A stretch of DNA of 64,000 bases from an uncultured Alphaproteobacteria bacterium (lineage in GTDB: Bacteria; Pseudomonadota; Alphaproteobacteria; Rhizobiales; Rhodomicrobiaceae): NCBI GenBank assembly GCA_963817705.1, contig CAWFPF010000007.1, forward strand, positions 7,275 to 71,274, given 5' to 3'. Below, one piece after another: positions 30,417 to 40,707 of the stretch (the stretch's first letter is position 1; each line of letters starts with the position of its first letter). A model generated the notes under the pieces. The model was not told the DNA's origin. It did no database searches and worked only from the letters and a program-made list of their open reading frames with translations. The translations under genes and the position numbers were made by a program.

Positions 30417-30761
30417 ATGAGAACTTTCAAGGAAAAAGACTTTAGCGAGCGCCTCGCGGCGGCGGCAAAGGCCAAGCAAGCGGCGCTGCAGCAATTCGCC
30501 GAACGGCAAGCGAACGAAGACCCGGCCGCTCTTGCAAGGAAAGCGGCGCGGATGGACGCAGCCAAAGCCCGCGCGGCGCGGGCGGCGGAGCGTGAAGCGA
30601 AAAAGCTCGAAGAGAAGGCGCGTCTGGCCGAGGAGAAGGTTCGGAAGGCGGCGGAGGCCGAGCTTGAGGCAGCTCGGGCCGAGGAACGGAAGGTGGCACT
30701 TGCCGCCGAGCAGAAAGCGGCGCGGGATGCGCGGTACGCGGCGCGGAAGGCGAAAAAGTAG
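30417..30761 (+). CDS. DUF6481-like Ala/Lys-rich helical protein
   Basis: FSERLAAAAKAKQAAL...KAARDARYAARKAKK. Confidence 0.82.
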   Translation: MRTFKEKDFSERLAAAAKAKQAALQQFAERQANEDPAALARKAARMDAAKARAARAAEREAKKLEEKARLAEEKVRKAAEAELEAARAEERKVALAAEQKAARDARYAARKAKK

Positions 30762-30885
30762 CGTAATTCCAGGCGTGGGCGGCAAGGCGTTGCCGCAGCT
30801 TCGCGATCGATTTCGAGCGCGCCCCCTCAACAAGCACCCGCGCGCGCGTGGACTTTTAACAGAACTGGCGAAGCTGATGCCTTAT

Positions 30886-31242
30886 CTATTGAGGAAGTTT
30901 ACGCATGCGAATGCGTTTGGGCTCAATGACGGAAAAATGTCCGGCCCAATCTTCGCGTTCCTCGATGCGCAACGCTAGCTTCCTACCGGCGGTAGACGGC
31001 GCAGGCATGGAAACGCGGAAGAGAATGACGCCAGACGCCGCCGGGAGGCGGGCGCGCCACGCAAGCTCCCCGAAGTCCTTATCGAACGTAATGAGAATCC
31101 GCTCGTCGCGCACGGCCCAGGCCAGAACATCCGAATCCTTAATACCCGGAGCTGCGGTTCGCACCCAGGTCACGTCGTGGCCGCTCCGTCGAAGAGCGTC
31201 CACGGCGGCACGCGGAAAATTCTCGTTAGCGAGAAAACGCAT
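30886..31242 (-). CDS. DUF5615 PIN-like toxin
   Basis: MRFLANENFP...GHDV...RILITFDKDFGEL; directly downstream of DUF433. Confidence 0.88.
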   Translation of the reverse strand: MRFLANENFPRAAVDALRRSGHDVTWVRTAAPGIKDSDVLAWAVRDERILITFDKDFGELAWRARLPAASGVILFRVSMPAPSTAGRKLALRIEEREDWAGHFSVIEPKRIRMRKLPQ

Positions 31243-31243
31243 G

Positions 31244-31474
31244 TCACGCCGCACTCGGGTAAACTTTTTCCGAGCTTAATATGTCCCGAGCATAGCCTAG
31301 ACACGCGGCGATATCTTCGTGCGTAAGACCCTGGTAATTGTCTAATATGTCCGCCTCGCTCCAGCCTTCGGCGAGAAGGCCGATGATAAAATCCACAGCA
31401 AGCCGCGTCCCTGTGATGACGGGCTTTCCGGCGAGAACGGCAGGGTCGAGGGTGATGCGCGCGTGGTTAGACAT
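31244..31474 (-). CDS. DUF433 antitoxin
   Basis: RITLDPAVLAGKPVITGTRLAV...YQGLTHEDIAACL. Confidence 0.92.
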   Translation of the reverse strand: MSNHARITLDPAVLAGKPVITGTRLAVDFIIGLLAEGWSEADILDNYQGLTHEDIAACLGYARDILSSEKVYPSAA

Positions 31475-31539
31475 TTTCGTTCCTCACCACAATCATGTTA
31501 GACGGATTTTGCAAAAAGCTCCATACGGGAGAGTGACTG

Positions 31540-32288
31540 TTGGCAGGTCAAAGATTTCAGGGTCATTGCTCAGTAAGTCCGCTGCGTAGGCTAATTCTTG
31601 CTCTTGGCCTTATCGCAGGCCTCGCCGGCAGTGCGCGCAGCGAGCCTCTTATCTTCCATGCATCCACCTCGGGGCAGCAAACTCAGGATCGAGGGGAAGG
31701 AGGGGGCAATCCGTTTGCCAGCTCCCTTATTGAGATTCTTCAACTTAAAGAGGTGCGGCTTGCGGGCTTGCCCCAGATGCTGCGAAGGCTCACAATTAAT
31801 AAAAGCCAAGGCCAGCAAACCCCTGATGTTCCAAGATCTGTTTTTCGTCAAGATTGGAAGCTCGTTCCACCGCTCGCCAAAGAGAAGCGAATCGCCCTTA
31901 TCTAGTTGTTTCTAATTATCGAGAGTCCGATGCACAATCGTTGCCGGGTGCGGCGCTCGATGCTCGTCGCATCGGCTCAGCTCTGACCAGCGCGGGGTTT
32001 ACTACGGACATCGCATTGGACTTCAAACTAATTGAAATGAGAAAGAAACTGAGTGAGTTCGCAGACGCTAGCGCCAACTATGAGGTTTCGGCCATTTATA
32101 CGACCGGACACGGAGTGGAATCCAACGGAACTGTCTATCTGATACCAGGCGATTTTCCAGTGCAACAGGGCAATTCGGCCTTGCCGGGGCATGCTCTGCC
32201 GCTGTCCGAGATCGCTCAGGCGTCTCGTGCCAAGAAGGTAAACTTGATATTCTACGGTGGCTGCAGGGACGATCCTCTGGCCAACTGA
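31540..32288 (+). CDS. Secreted circularly permuted caspase-like (C14) peptidase; one base missing near 31900
   Basis: Signal peptide, then a p10-like block (LIFHASTSG...NPFASSL...QQTP), then a p20-like block (KRIAL/LVVSNY...TGHG...YLIP...GGCRDDP) in the -1 frame; stop 7 codons after the Cys. Confidence 0.78.
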
Positions 32289-32381
32289 AGTGCATGAGAT
32301 TGAGCCATGGGTTGACGCGCGCCTCCGCCGTCCACATAGTCGCCACATTCGCCATCCCGCCCAACACGAACGGCACACATA

Positions 32382-33980
32382 ATGACCGCCGCCGCGCAAT
32401 CGCCCGCAGAACTCGCCGCAACCTCCAAGGCCTGGCCCTTCGAAGAGGCGCGGAAGCTCCTGAAACGGCTGGACAAGCGCGATCCGGCTCGCGAGGTGGT
32501 GTTCGAGACCGGCTACGGCCCGTCCGGCCTGCCGCATATCGGCACCTTCGGCGAGGTCGCGCGCACGTCCATGGTGCGGCACGCGCTCGAAGTGCTGCGG
32601 CCGGGCGTGAAGACGCGGCTCGTCTGCTTCTCCGACGACATGGACGGGCTGCGCAAGGTGCCCACCAATGTGCCGAACCAGGAGCTGCTCAAAGCTGCGC
32701 TCGACAGGCCGCTGACCGCGGTGCCTGATCCGTTCGGCACGCATTCCAGCTTCGGCGCGCATAACAACGCGCGGCTGCGGGCTTTTCTCGATAGCTTCGG
32801 CTTCGAATATGAGTTCCTGTCGTCCACCGAGTGCTATCGCTCCGGCATTTTCGACGAGACGCTGCTGCGCATGCTCGAAGCCTACGACAAGGTGATGGAG
32901 ATCATTTTGCCGACGCTTGGGCCGGACCGGCGTGCGACCTATTCGCCGTTCCTGCCGGTTTCGCCCACGTCAGGTAAGGTGCTGCAGGTTCCCATCGAGC
33001 AGCGCGACCTCAAGGCCGGCACCGTCTTCTATACCGATCCCGATAGCGGCAAAAAGGTCGAGACGCCGGTCACGGGTGGCCATGTGAAGTGCCAGTGGAA
33101 GGCCGATTGGGCCATGCGCTGGGTGGCGCTCGGGGTCGATTACGAGATGGCCGGCAAGGACCTGATCGACAGCGTCACGCTGTCCTCGAAGGTTTGCCGC
33201 GCGCTTGGCGGTACGCCGCCCGAGGGCTTCAATTACGAGTTGTTCCTCGACGACGGCGGGCAGAAGATTTCCAAGTCGAAGGGCAACGGCATCGCGGTCG
33301 AGGAATGGCTCGCCTATGCGACGCCGGAAAGCCTCAGCCTCTATATGTTCCAGAAGCCGAAGACGGCGAAGCGGCTGTATTTCGACGTGATCCCGCGTGC
33401 GGTGGACGAGTATTTCTCGCTGCTGGAAGCCTATCACAAGGAAGCGCCGGAGCAGCGGCTCAACAACGCCGTCTGGCACATTCACAGTGGCACGCCGCCG
33501 CAGCATCATGTGCCGGTGAGCTTTGGGCTGCTATTGAACCTCGTCAGCGCCTCCAACGCACACACCAAGGAGATCCTCTGGCAGTTCGTGCGCAACTACG
33601 CACCGGAGACGAGCCCGAAGGACTTCCCGGAACTCGACCGGCTGATCGGCTTTGCGATCCGCTATTTCGAGGAACGCGAAAAGCCGTTCAAGGTCTATCG
33701 GGCGCCTACGGAGTTGGAGCGCGGGGCCATGCTCGATCTCAATGAGCGCTTGGCGGCGGCCAACGCGGACAAGAGCGCGGAAGAGCTGCAAGCTATCGTC
33801 TATGAGGTTGGCAAGGCGCACCCCTTCGAGAATTTGCGCGACTGGTTCAAGGCTCTGTATGAGGTGCTATTCGGCGAGAGCCAGGGACCGCGCTTCGGCT
33901 CGTTCATCAAGGCGTACGGGCTCGAAAACACGCGCGCGCTGATCGCCGGGCGGCTGCAAGACGCGGCTAAGGCGGCCTAA
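32382..33980 (+). CDS. lysS: Lysine--tRNA ligase, class I
   Basis: [22 protein letters not shown] and GPRFGSF motifs. Confidence 0.97.
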   Translation: MTAAAQSPAELAATSKAWPFEEARKLLKRLDKRDPAREVVFETGYGPSGLPHIGTFGEVARTSMVRHALEVLRPGVKTRLVCFSDDMDGLRKVPTNVPNQELLKAALDRPLTAVPDPFGTHSSFGAHNNARLRAFLDSFGFEYEFLSSTECYRSGIFDETLLRMLEAYDKVMEIILPTLGPDRRATYSPFLPVSPTSGKVLQVPIEQRDLKAGTVFYTDPDSGKKVETPVTGGHVKCQWKADWAMRWVALGVDYEMAGKDLIDSVTLSSKVCRALGGTPPEGFNYELFLDDGGQKISKSKGNGIAVEEWLAYATPESLSLYMFQKPKTAKRLYFDVIPRAVDEYFSLLEAYHKEAPEQRLNNAVWHIHSGTPPQHHVPVSFGLLLNLVSASNAHTKEILWQFVRNYAPETSPKDFPELDRLIGFAIRYFEEREKPFKVYRAPTELERGAMLDLNERLAAANADKSAEELQAIVYEVGKAHPFENLRDWFKALYEVLFGESQGPRFGSFIKAYGLENTRALIAGRLQDAAKAA

Positions 33981-33985
33981 GCCGG

Positions 33986-34456
33986 ATGCCGGCAAGCACG
34001 ATCTACAAGCTCCTCACGCGCACCGAATGGGAAGCGGCGCAAGCTGCGGGCGTCTATTGCGGCTCGGCGCACGATAGGCGCGACGGGTTCATCCACTTTT
34101 CCGCGGCGGGGCAGCTTGCGGAGACGGCGCGAAAGTATTTCTCTGGCGTGCCCGATTTGGTCTTGCTGGCGGTTGATGCCGCCGCTTTGACGGAAAGTCT
34201 TACCCCTCATCCCGCCCTTCTCCCAATGGGAGAAGGGACGCTTGAACATGGCACAATGCCAGCCGCAACGTCCCCTCTCCCAGAGGGAGAGGGACAGGGT
34301 GAGGGGTATCACTCTCTCCGCTGGGAACCCTCCCGAGGCGGCGATCTCTTTCCGCACCTCTACGCCAATCTGCCCATCGCGGCGGTGACGAGCGTCATCG
34401 CAATCCCGCTTGCCGCTGATGGCGTTCCCATTATCCCGAGCGAACTCGCGCCATGA
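33986..34456 (+). CDS. DUF952 family protein carrying an in-frame repeat insertion
   Basis: IYKLLTRTEW...DRRDGFIHFS...LRWEPSRGGDLFPHLY; 36 extra codons from the repeat; usual position upstream of pyrD. Confidence 0.9.
   Translation: MPASTIYKLLTRTEWEAAQAAGVYCGSAHDRRDGFIHFSAAGQLAETARKYFSGVPDLVLLAVDAAALTESLTPHPALLPMGEGTLEHGTMPAATSPLPEGEGQGEGYHSLRWEPSRGGDLFPHLYANLPIAAVTSVIAIPLAADGVPIIPSELAP
34201..34308. repeat. Palindromic repeat copy A (108 bp, in-frame in DUF952)
   Basis: Termini TACCCCTCA/TGAGGGGTA; two internal hairpins CCCTTCTCCCAATGGGAGAAGGG and CCCTCTCCCAGAGGGAGAGGG. Confidence 0.9.
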
Positions 34457-35517
34457 ACCGCTTCTGGTCCGCCGCGCAAGCAGGCCTCCTCGTCCTCGAC
34501 CCCGAGACGGCCCACGAAGCATCGCTGCGCGCTCTGGAGGCCGGCATCTATCCCAGGAAAAGCGGGCCTGACGATCCGCGCCTCGCCCAGACACTCTTCG
34601 GCCTCCCCTTTCCCAATCCCATCGGCGTGGCGGCAGGCTACGATAAGGATGCTCGCGTCTACAATGCGCTCTTCGCCATGGGATTCGGCTTTGCAGAGGC
34701 CGGCACTGTCACGCCCGAACCGCAGACGGGCAACCCGCGCCCCCGTGTCTTCCGGCTCATGCGGGAGCGCGGCATCATCAACCGCCTCGGCTTCAACAAT
34801 GCGGGCCACGCGGCCGCGATTCTGCGCCTTGCGGGGCGCCCGCAAAAGGGGATTCTCGGCGTGAACATCGGCGCGAACCGCGAGACGCCGGAGCCCATCA
34901 CGGATTACGTCGCCGGCGTGCACGCCTTTGGCACGCTAGCGTCCTACCTCGCGATCAACATCTCGTCGCCAAACACGCCGGGCCTGCGCAATTTGCAGGC
35001 GCCAGACAGGCTCAATGCGCTGCTCGAAGCCGCAATGGCTGCGCGGGCGAGCCTGCCACGGCCGGTGCCCATTCTGGTCAAGCTCTCTCCCGATCTCGGC
35101 GACGGGGACGTTGAGCCCGTCGCGGCCTGCCTCATGGCGCATGGCGTCGATGGCGCGATCCTCGCAAACACGACGCTGTCCCGCGAAGGCGTCCCGCCCA
35201 GTGCTCACCGCGGCGAAGGCGGCGGACTCTCGGGGCGCCCACTCTTTGTGCGCTCGACCAGACTATTGGCCAGGTTTTTCCTCGCAACCGGAGGCAAGTT
35301 GCCGCTGATCGGCGTTGGCGGGATCGATAGCCCGCAAGCGGCGCTGGCCAAGATCCGGGCTGGAGCCTCTCTCATCCAGCTCTATACGGGGTTGGTCTAC
35401 AAAGGGCCAAGTCTGCTGGAGGACATCAAGGCCGCCCTCCTCGCGGAAATCGCCGGCCGGTCTGGCTCGCTCACTGGTATGGTTGGAACGGACGCGCCCC
35501 GCTGGGCTGGCAGCTAA
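34453..35517 (+). CDS. pyrD: Quinone-dependent dihydroorotate dehydrogenase
   Basis: NPIGVAAGYDK, INRLGFNN, NISSPNTPGLR and GGLSG motifs. Confidence 0.96.
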   Translation: MNRFWSAAQAGLLVLDPETAHEASLRALEAGIYPRKSGPDDPRLAQTLFGLPFPNPIGVAAGYDKDARVYNALFAMGFGFAEAGTVTPEPQTGNPRPRVFRLMRERGIINRLGFNNAGHAAAILRLAGRPQKGILGVNIGANRETPEPITDYVAGVHAFGTLASYLAINISSPNTPGLRNLQAPDRLNALLEAAMAARASLPRPVPILVKLSPDLGDGDVEPVAACLMAHGVDGAILANTTLSREGVPPSAHRGEGGGLSGRPLFVRSTRLLARFFLATGGKLPLIGVGGIDSPQAALAKIRAGASLIQLYTGLVYKGPSLLEDIKAALLAEIAGRSGSLTGMVGTDAPRWAGS

Positions 35518-35541
35518 AGCGGAATGCGAATCATCCGCCAA

Positions 35542-35623
35542 TCATGGCCACACTTGATGCGGCCACCCATAACATGGGCTCTGCGCCCTCCACTGGACGG
35601 CCGGGTCAAGCCCGGCCAAGACG
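35542..35623. repeat. GTCATGGCCGGGCTTGACCCGGCC-type REP-like palindrome
   Basis: TCATGGCCACACTTGATGCGGCCA...GGCCGGGTCAAGCCCGGCCAAGACG between convergent pyrD and amn. Confidence 0.78.
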
Positions 35624-35665
35624 ATGGGGCAGGCTAAACGCAAGTCCTTTAGCCGCCGATCTTTC

Positions 35666-37135
35666 TCATCGAAACGGCGGTTCGTCGAAGGACCGCAGCT
35701 TTCTCGAATGGAGGCTATCGCGGCCTTCCTTGAGCAGGTCGAGTGCCGCAAGGCTGATCTCCAGATGCTGGGCGATCGCCGTCTCATAGAAGGCGCTAGC
35801 GGCGCCAGGCAGCTTGATCTCGCCATGGAGCGGCTTGTCCGATACGCACAGAAGCGTGCCATAGGGGACGCGCAGGCGAAATCCCTGAGCGGCAATCGTG
35901 CCGCTCTCCATGTCGACGGCGACAGCGCGCGACAGGTTGATGCGCTTGCGCTCCTGCGTAAAGCGCAATTCCCAGTTGCGGTCGTCGTTGGTAACGACCG
36001 TGCCGGTGCGAAGGCGCTGCTTCAGTTCGTCGCCGCCACAGCCGGTCACGGACGCCGCTGCTTCCTGCAGCGCCACTTGGACTTCGGCGAGCGCTGGGAT
36101 GGGGATTTCCGGCGGCACCAAATCGTCGAGGATATGGTCTTGCCGGAGATAGGCATGGGCAAGGACATAATCCCCGATGGACTGCGTGTCGCGAAGCCCT
36201 GCGCAATGCCCGACCATGAGCCAGCAATTGGGACGGATGACGGCCAGATGGTCCGTGATCGTTTTGGCGTTTGACGGGCCGACACCAATGTTGATGAGGG
36301 TTACCCCGGAATCGCCGCCGCCCGTTAAGTGGTAAGCGGGCATTTGGTAGCGATGCCATTTGGAGCTAGTCACAAGCGCCTCGGCCTCCGTGGGCGAATG
36401 GTGCCGGCCAACGATGACGTCGCCGGGCAGCACGAGGCGGTCGAAGGCGCCTTCGCGCTTGATCTGCTGGCACCCCCAGCGCACGAACTGATCCACGTAG
36501 CGGTGATAGTTGGTCAAGAGGATCCAGCGTTGCACATGGCGCCAGTCGCTGCCTGTATAGTGGACGAGCCGGCGGAGCGAGAAGTCGGTGCGGGCGGCAT
36601 CGAACAGTGCAAGAGGATAAGGTTCACCCTCCTTGCGCTCCCACAGCCCGTCGGCGACTTCGTCGCCAACCTCCGAAAGCCGCGGCGTTGGGAAGTGGCG
36701 CGCAAGTTCGCTTGCGGTGACGTCGGCATTGATGATCTCCTCCGCACGCTCGATCACATAGGGATAAGGGATTTCCTGAGAACTGACCCCAACCTCGATC
36801 TCGACACCGTACTCCGACACAAGAGGATCGAGTTGCTCGATAAGGTAGCTGCGAAAGGGAAGCGGGTGTGTGATCGTTGTCTCGTAGACGCCGGGCCGCT
36901 GTACCTTTGCGAAGGCGCGGCGCGTATGGAGGCGCGGATGCTTTTCGTTGCGGTAGATCACGCGCAGGAACGGATAATGGAACTTGGAGCGCAGCTCTGG
37001 CGGCGGCGGCGTGCGCGTGTCGAGATAGCGGTCAACCGCTTGCGCCAACGCCGAGGCAGCCTTGGCATAGATCTCTTCCAGCCGGTCTACCGCGGCGGCG
37101 GGTGTGGCTGGCTTCGAAAGATGCGGCTTTGCCAT
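35666..37135 (-). CDS. amn: AMP nucleosidase
   Basis: LLTNYHRYVD, QMPAYHL, NIGVGPSNAKT and VSDKPLHGE motifs. Confidence 0.96.
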   Translation of the reverse strand: MAKPHLSKPATPAAAVDRLEEIYAKAASALAQAVDRYLDTRTPPPPELRSKFHYPFLRVIYRNEKHPRLHTRRAFAKVQRPGVYETTITHPLPFRSYLIEQLDPLVSEYGVEIEVGVSSQEIPYPYVIERAEEIINADVTASELARHFPTPRLSEVGDEVADGLWERKEGEPYPLALFDAARTDFSLRRLVHYTGSDWRHVQRWILLTNYHRYVDQFVRWGCQQIKREGAFDRLVLPGDVIVGRHHSPTEAEALVTSSKWHRYQMPAYHLTGGGDSGVTLINIGVGPSNAKTITDHLAVIRPNCWLMVGHCAGLRDTQSIGDYVLAHAYLRQDHILDDLVPPEIPIPALAEVQVALQEAAASVTGCGGDELKQRLRTGTVVTNDDRNWELRFTQERKRINLSRAVAVDMESGTIAAQGFRLRVPYGTLLCVSDKPLHGEIKLPGAASAFYETAIAQHLEISLAALDLLKEGRDSLHSRKLRSFDEPPFR

Positions 37136-37254
37136 GAAATGCCTATCGCGCTTGATGGAGCAGCCTTAGAATCTCAGAGCCGAGTCGTTTTGTCCACCGG
37201 GGCCTGTACAAAACGCCCGCCTAGTTTGGCAGCAGCCCCTGGCGGATTGTAAAC

Positions 37255-39492
37255 GTGAATTCAGGCCCCCTCCAGATTTCCGGCCTTAAGCTCCTGTGGT
37301 CGCCGCGTCTCGCGGGCCTTGCCGCCCTAGCCATGCTGGCGGCTCTCCGGCTCTGGGATCCCGCGCCGATTGAAGCGGCACGGAACTTTTTCTTCGATTT
37401 CCTGCAGAAAGCGCATCCGCGATCGGTCCAGGAGCGCACCGTCACCATCGTCGACATCGACGACGCGAGCTTGCGCGAGATCGGACAATGGCCCTGGCCG
37501 CGTGCGACGCTCGCCAAACTCGTCGAACGGCTCAATGCGGATGGCGCCGCCGTCATCGGTTTCGACATCATATTTCCCGAGGGCGACCGTTTGTCTCCGC
37601 GCCGGCTCGCGGACCTCGTCCCGGGCGATGAGGACCTGAAACGAAGGCTCGCGGCGTTGCCGGATCATGACGCGCTCTTTGCCGACGCGATCCGCAGCGC
37701 ACGCGTGGTCTTGGGCCGTACGGCAGTCAACGCCGCCGCCCCTTCCGAGGCTTCGGAAAACAGGGCGCCGCCAAATGTTGCGATCGCTACCATTGGGGGA
37801 GACCCAAAGGACGATCTTCTGCACTTTCCCGCCATGCTTAAGAATTTACCGGCGCTTGAAAGCGCTTCTGCGGGCATCGGCATGCTTGCGGTGAGGCCGG
37901 AGCGCGACGGATTGATCCGGCGGGCCCCTTTACTGCTCACCGCCGGAAATGCCATAGCGCCAGGCATGGCGGTCGAACTCCTACGGGTGGCGGCCGGCGC
38001 ATCCTCTATCGTGGTCAAGCGCGATGAGGCGGGCGTGCGCGCCATCGCCTTCGCCGGTGCGGAAATCCCGGCTGACAGGGACGGGCAGTTATGGGTGGCC
38101 TTCGCGCATCATGACCCGGCACGTTACGTTCCAGCGGCGGCCGTGCTTGCGGGAACCGTTCCGCGCGAGCGCATCGAGGGCAAGATCGTGCTCGTGGGGA
38201 CGTCCGCCTCAGGACTGTTCGACCTCAAATCCACGCCTCTCGACCGGGTCATCCCGGGCGTCGAGATCCACGCGCAGATCGTGGAAAGCATTCTTGCCGG
38301 TGCAACGCTGAACAGACCGAATTTCGCGCCCGGCCTTGAGATTGCGCTTGCGTTTGCTGCCGGCGCGATCCTCGTTGCCGTGGCCCCTCTCACCGGCGCC
38401 TTGGGCAATCTTTTTATCGCCGCCGGAATCGCGGCTTTGCTCGCCGCCGGGTCCTGGTACGCGTTTCTTTCGCACCGGATGCTGATCGACATGTCCTACC
38501 CGCTCGCGTCGAGTTTCGCCGTGTTTTTGCTCATGACATTCCTCAACTATCTGCGTGAGGAAAGGCGCCGCACGCAGGTCCGCGCGGCTTTCCGGCACTA
38601 TCTGTCGCCGGACCTCGTGGAGCAGCTTATTCGCGAACCCGGCCGCCTGGTTCTAGGCGGAGAAACACGCGAGATGTCGATCTTTTTCAGCGACGTCAGA
38701 GGCTTCACCTCGATTGCGGAGGGCTTCAAACAGAACCCCGCCGGGCTTACCGCGCTCATGAATTGCATGCTCACCTCGCTGTCGATTCCGATCATTCAGC
38801 GCCGCGGGACCATCGATAAATATATTGGCGACGCCATCATGGCGTTCTGGAATGCCCCCCTCGACGATCCGGACCACGCGCTTCACGCATGCGAAGCGGC
38901 GCTGGAGGTTTTGGCGCGGCTCGACGATCTGAATGACGGGCGGCGCCGGGAAGGGCTCCAGTCAGGAACTGCGGTCCACGATATGCAGATCGGCATCGGC
39001 ATCAGTTCGGGCTTGACCGTAGTCGGCAATATGGGCTCCGCCATCCGCTTCGATTATTCGGTTCTGGGCGACTGCGTGAATCTCGCGTCGAGGCTTGAGG
39101 GGCTGACAGCGATCTATGGCCTTCGCATCCTCGTTGCCTCGGAAACCGCGCGCCTCTGCATGGACAAGTTCGCTCTTTTCGAAGTCGACCGCGTGCTTGT
39201 AAAGGGCAAGAGAGAACCCGAAACGGTTTACACTATACTCGGCGGTCCCGATATGGCCCAGCGGGCAGACTTCATGTCCTTTCGGAGCGCATTTCAAGAG
39301 ATGCTCCTTGATTACCGCGCCGGGGATTGGGCGGAGTCGTTTAGCCACCTCGAACGGGCCAGAACATACGCAGCGGCAAGAAGCCTGACCAAGTTATTAG
39401 ACCTATACGCGGCGCGCATGGGCGGATTTACCGGCAATCCTCCGCCTCCAGACTGGGACGGCGTGTTCAAGGCGTGGTCTCCGGCCGGATAA
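37255..39492 (+). CDS. CHASE2-domain adenylate/guanylate cyclase
   Basis: IVDIDDASL...WPWPR (CHASE2), three TM helices, FSDVRGFT, DKYIGDAIMAFW and GDCVNLASRLE. Confidence 0.93.
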   Translation: MNSGPLQISGLKLLWSPRLAGLAALAMLAALRLWDPAPIEAARNFFFDFLQKAHPRSVQERTVTIVDIDDASLREIGQWPWPRATLAKLVERLNADGAAVIGFDIIFPEGDRLSPRRLADLVPGDEDLKRRLAALPDHDALFADAIRSARVVLGRTAVNAAAPSEASENRAPPNVAIATIGGDPKDDLLHFPAMLKNLPALESASAGIGMLAVRPERDGLIRRAPLLLTAGNAIAPGMAVELLRVAAGASSIVVKRDEAGVRAIAFAGAEIPADRDGQLWVAFAHHDPARYVPAAAVLAGTVPRERIEGKIVLVGTSASGLFDLKSTPLDRVIPGVEIHAQIVESILAGATLNRPNFAPGLEIALAFAAGAILVAVAPLTGALGNLFIAAGIAALLAAGSWYAFLSHRMLIDMSYPLASSFAVFLLMTFLNYLREERRRTQVRAAFRHYLSPDLVEQLIREPGRLVLGGETREMSIFFSDVRGFTSIAEGFKQNPAGLTALMNCMLTSLSIPIIQRRGTIDKYIGDAIMAFWNAPLDDPDHALHACEAALEVLARLDDLNDGRRREGLQSGTAVHDMQIGIGISSGLTVVGNMGSAIRFDYSVLGDCVNLASRLEGLTAIYGLRILVASETARLCMDKFALFEVDRVLVKGKREPETVYTILGGPDMAQRADFMSFRSAFQEMLLDYRAGDWAESFSHLERARTYAAARSLTKLLDLYAARMGGFTGNPPPPDWDGVFKAWSPAG

Positions 39493-39587
39493 GAAGCCTG
39501 CGGGCGCAGCCGGTATAAGCTTCCCGAGAGAGCCGGGCAGGCTCCCGGTTCATGGAGTGAGCAGCGCGGACGGTTAGGGCAATTCTG

Positions 39588-40670
39588 TTAGGGGCTCGCT
39601 GGATGTGCCGATTGGACATTAGACAGAGCCACCGCGAGGCCAGCAGCGCCCGCCACTCCCCCGATGAGAATGGGAGCGGAAAAACCAGAGGCCGATGGGA
39701 CTTCTCCTGCGGGAGAGCTAGAAAGAACCAGCGCCACTTGCCCGCTGGTCACGGGGACCGTCGTCCCGTTGTCGTAGACGATATCGGCCGAACCCGTCAC
39801 GGCCTGGACGCGATAACCAGGCAAGATAGGCGTGTCTCCGCTCACGGGCTGGAAGCCTAGACCCATGTTCACCAGAACGACACCGCGCACATTGGCTAGA
39901 TGCCCCACGGGCGTGTTCGTGGGTTCTGCCGGAGTTTCTGCAACCGCGGGTTCGCTGGAAGAGTCATTTGGCGGAAATCTCCGCACCGGGTCGATGGCAA
40001 GCGTTCTGCCCACGAACGGAAAAGCCGTGCTGGGACTTACGCCCGGCATCAGCGACCCATTCCACCGCGGTTGGACCGATATCACACCCTCCGCATCGAC
40101 GACCACGATGCCCTGGCCCTGACCTTGCAGCACGCAAGACCGGGCTTTATTGCAAACGTTGACATTCCCCTCGTGCACCAGCACAGCGGTGTCGCCGGTG
40201 TCGCTGATGAATGCATCGAAGATTGTGCCCCTCAGTCCCAATGAGGCCGTGGGCGTCTTGATGTCGTAGGCAGCTTTAGGCGCATTGCCGGTCATGAACC
40301 GGAACGCACCCCTTGAAAGCGTTAGGGCGATAGAGCCCGGCGATTTTCCCGCCTTATAGGAAAACCTTCCCAGTACGAGCCGCGCCTCCGGTCCGATGGC
40401 GAGTTTCGTCTGGTCCTGCAGCTCAACCTCGGCGTTTGAAGCGGTGGCGCTCACGAGCGTCTCACCCTCGCGGATCGCGGAGCCTACCGATAAGGGATGC
40501 GGGCCGCTGCCACCACCTTCGAGCGCGACTTCGTTTTGAACGGCCACGAGTTTCCCGATTTCGGTCGCGGCCAAGGCTCCTTGCCCCGCGAGATTTGGTA
40601 CCAGGACGAGCGCAACAGCGAGATGGCGTAACACGAACTTTCGCCTTTCTATGATTTTAATACAATCCAC
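39588..40670 (-). CDS. Secreted FecR-domain protein with an extra C-terminal beta domain
   Basis: LSRGAFRFMTG...IKTPTASLGLRGT; start uncertain. Confidence 0.82.
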   Translation of the reverse strand: MDCIKIIERRKFVLRHLAVALVLVPNLAGQGALAATEIGKLVAVQNEVALEGGGSGPHPLSVGSAIREGETLVSATASNAEVELQDQTKLAIGPEARLVLGRFSYKAGKSPGSIALTLSRGAFRFMTGNAPKAAYDIKTPTASLGLRGTIFDAFISDTGDTAVLVHEGNVNVCNKARSCVLQGQGQGIVVVDAEGVISVQPRWNGSLMPGVSPSTAFPFVGRTLAIDPVRRFPPNDSSSEPAVAETPAEPTNTPVGHLANVRGVVLVNMGLGFQPVSGDTPILPGYRVQAVTGSADIVYDNGTTVPVTSGQVALVLSSSPAGEVPSASGFSAPILIGGVAGAAGLAVALSNVQSAHPASP

Positions 40671-40707
40671 TACAACGACACGCGTGTATCATCCGCGTCA
40701 ATCAATT

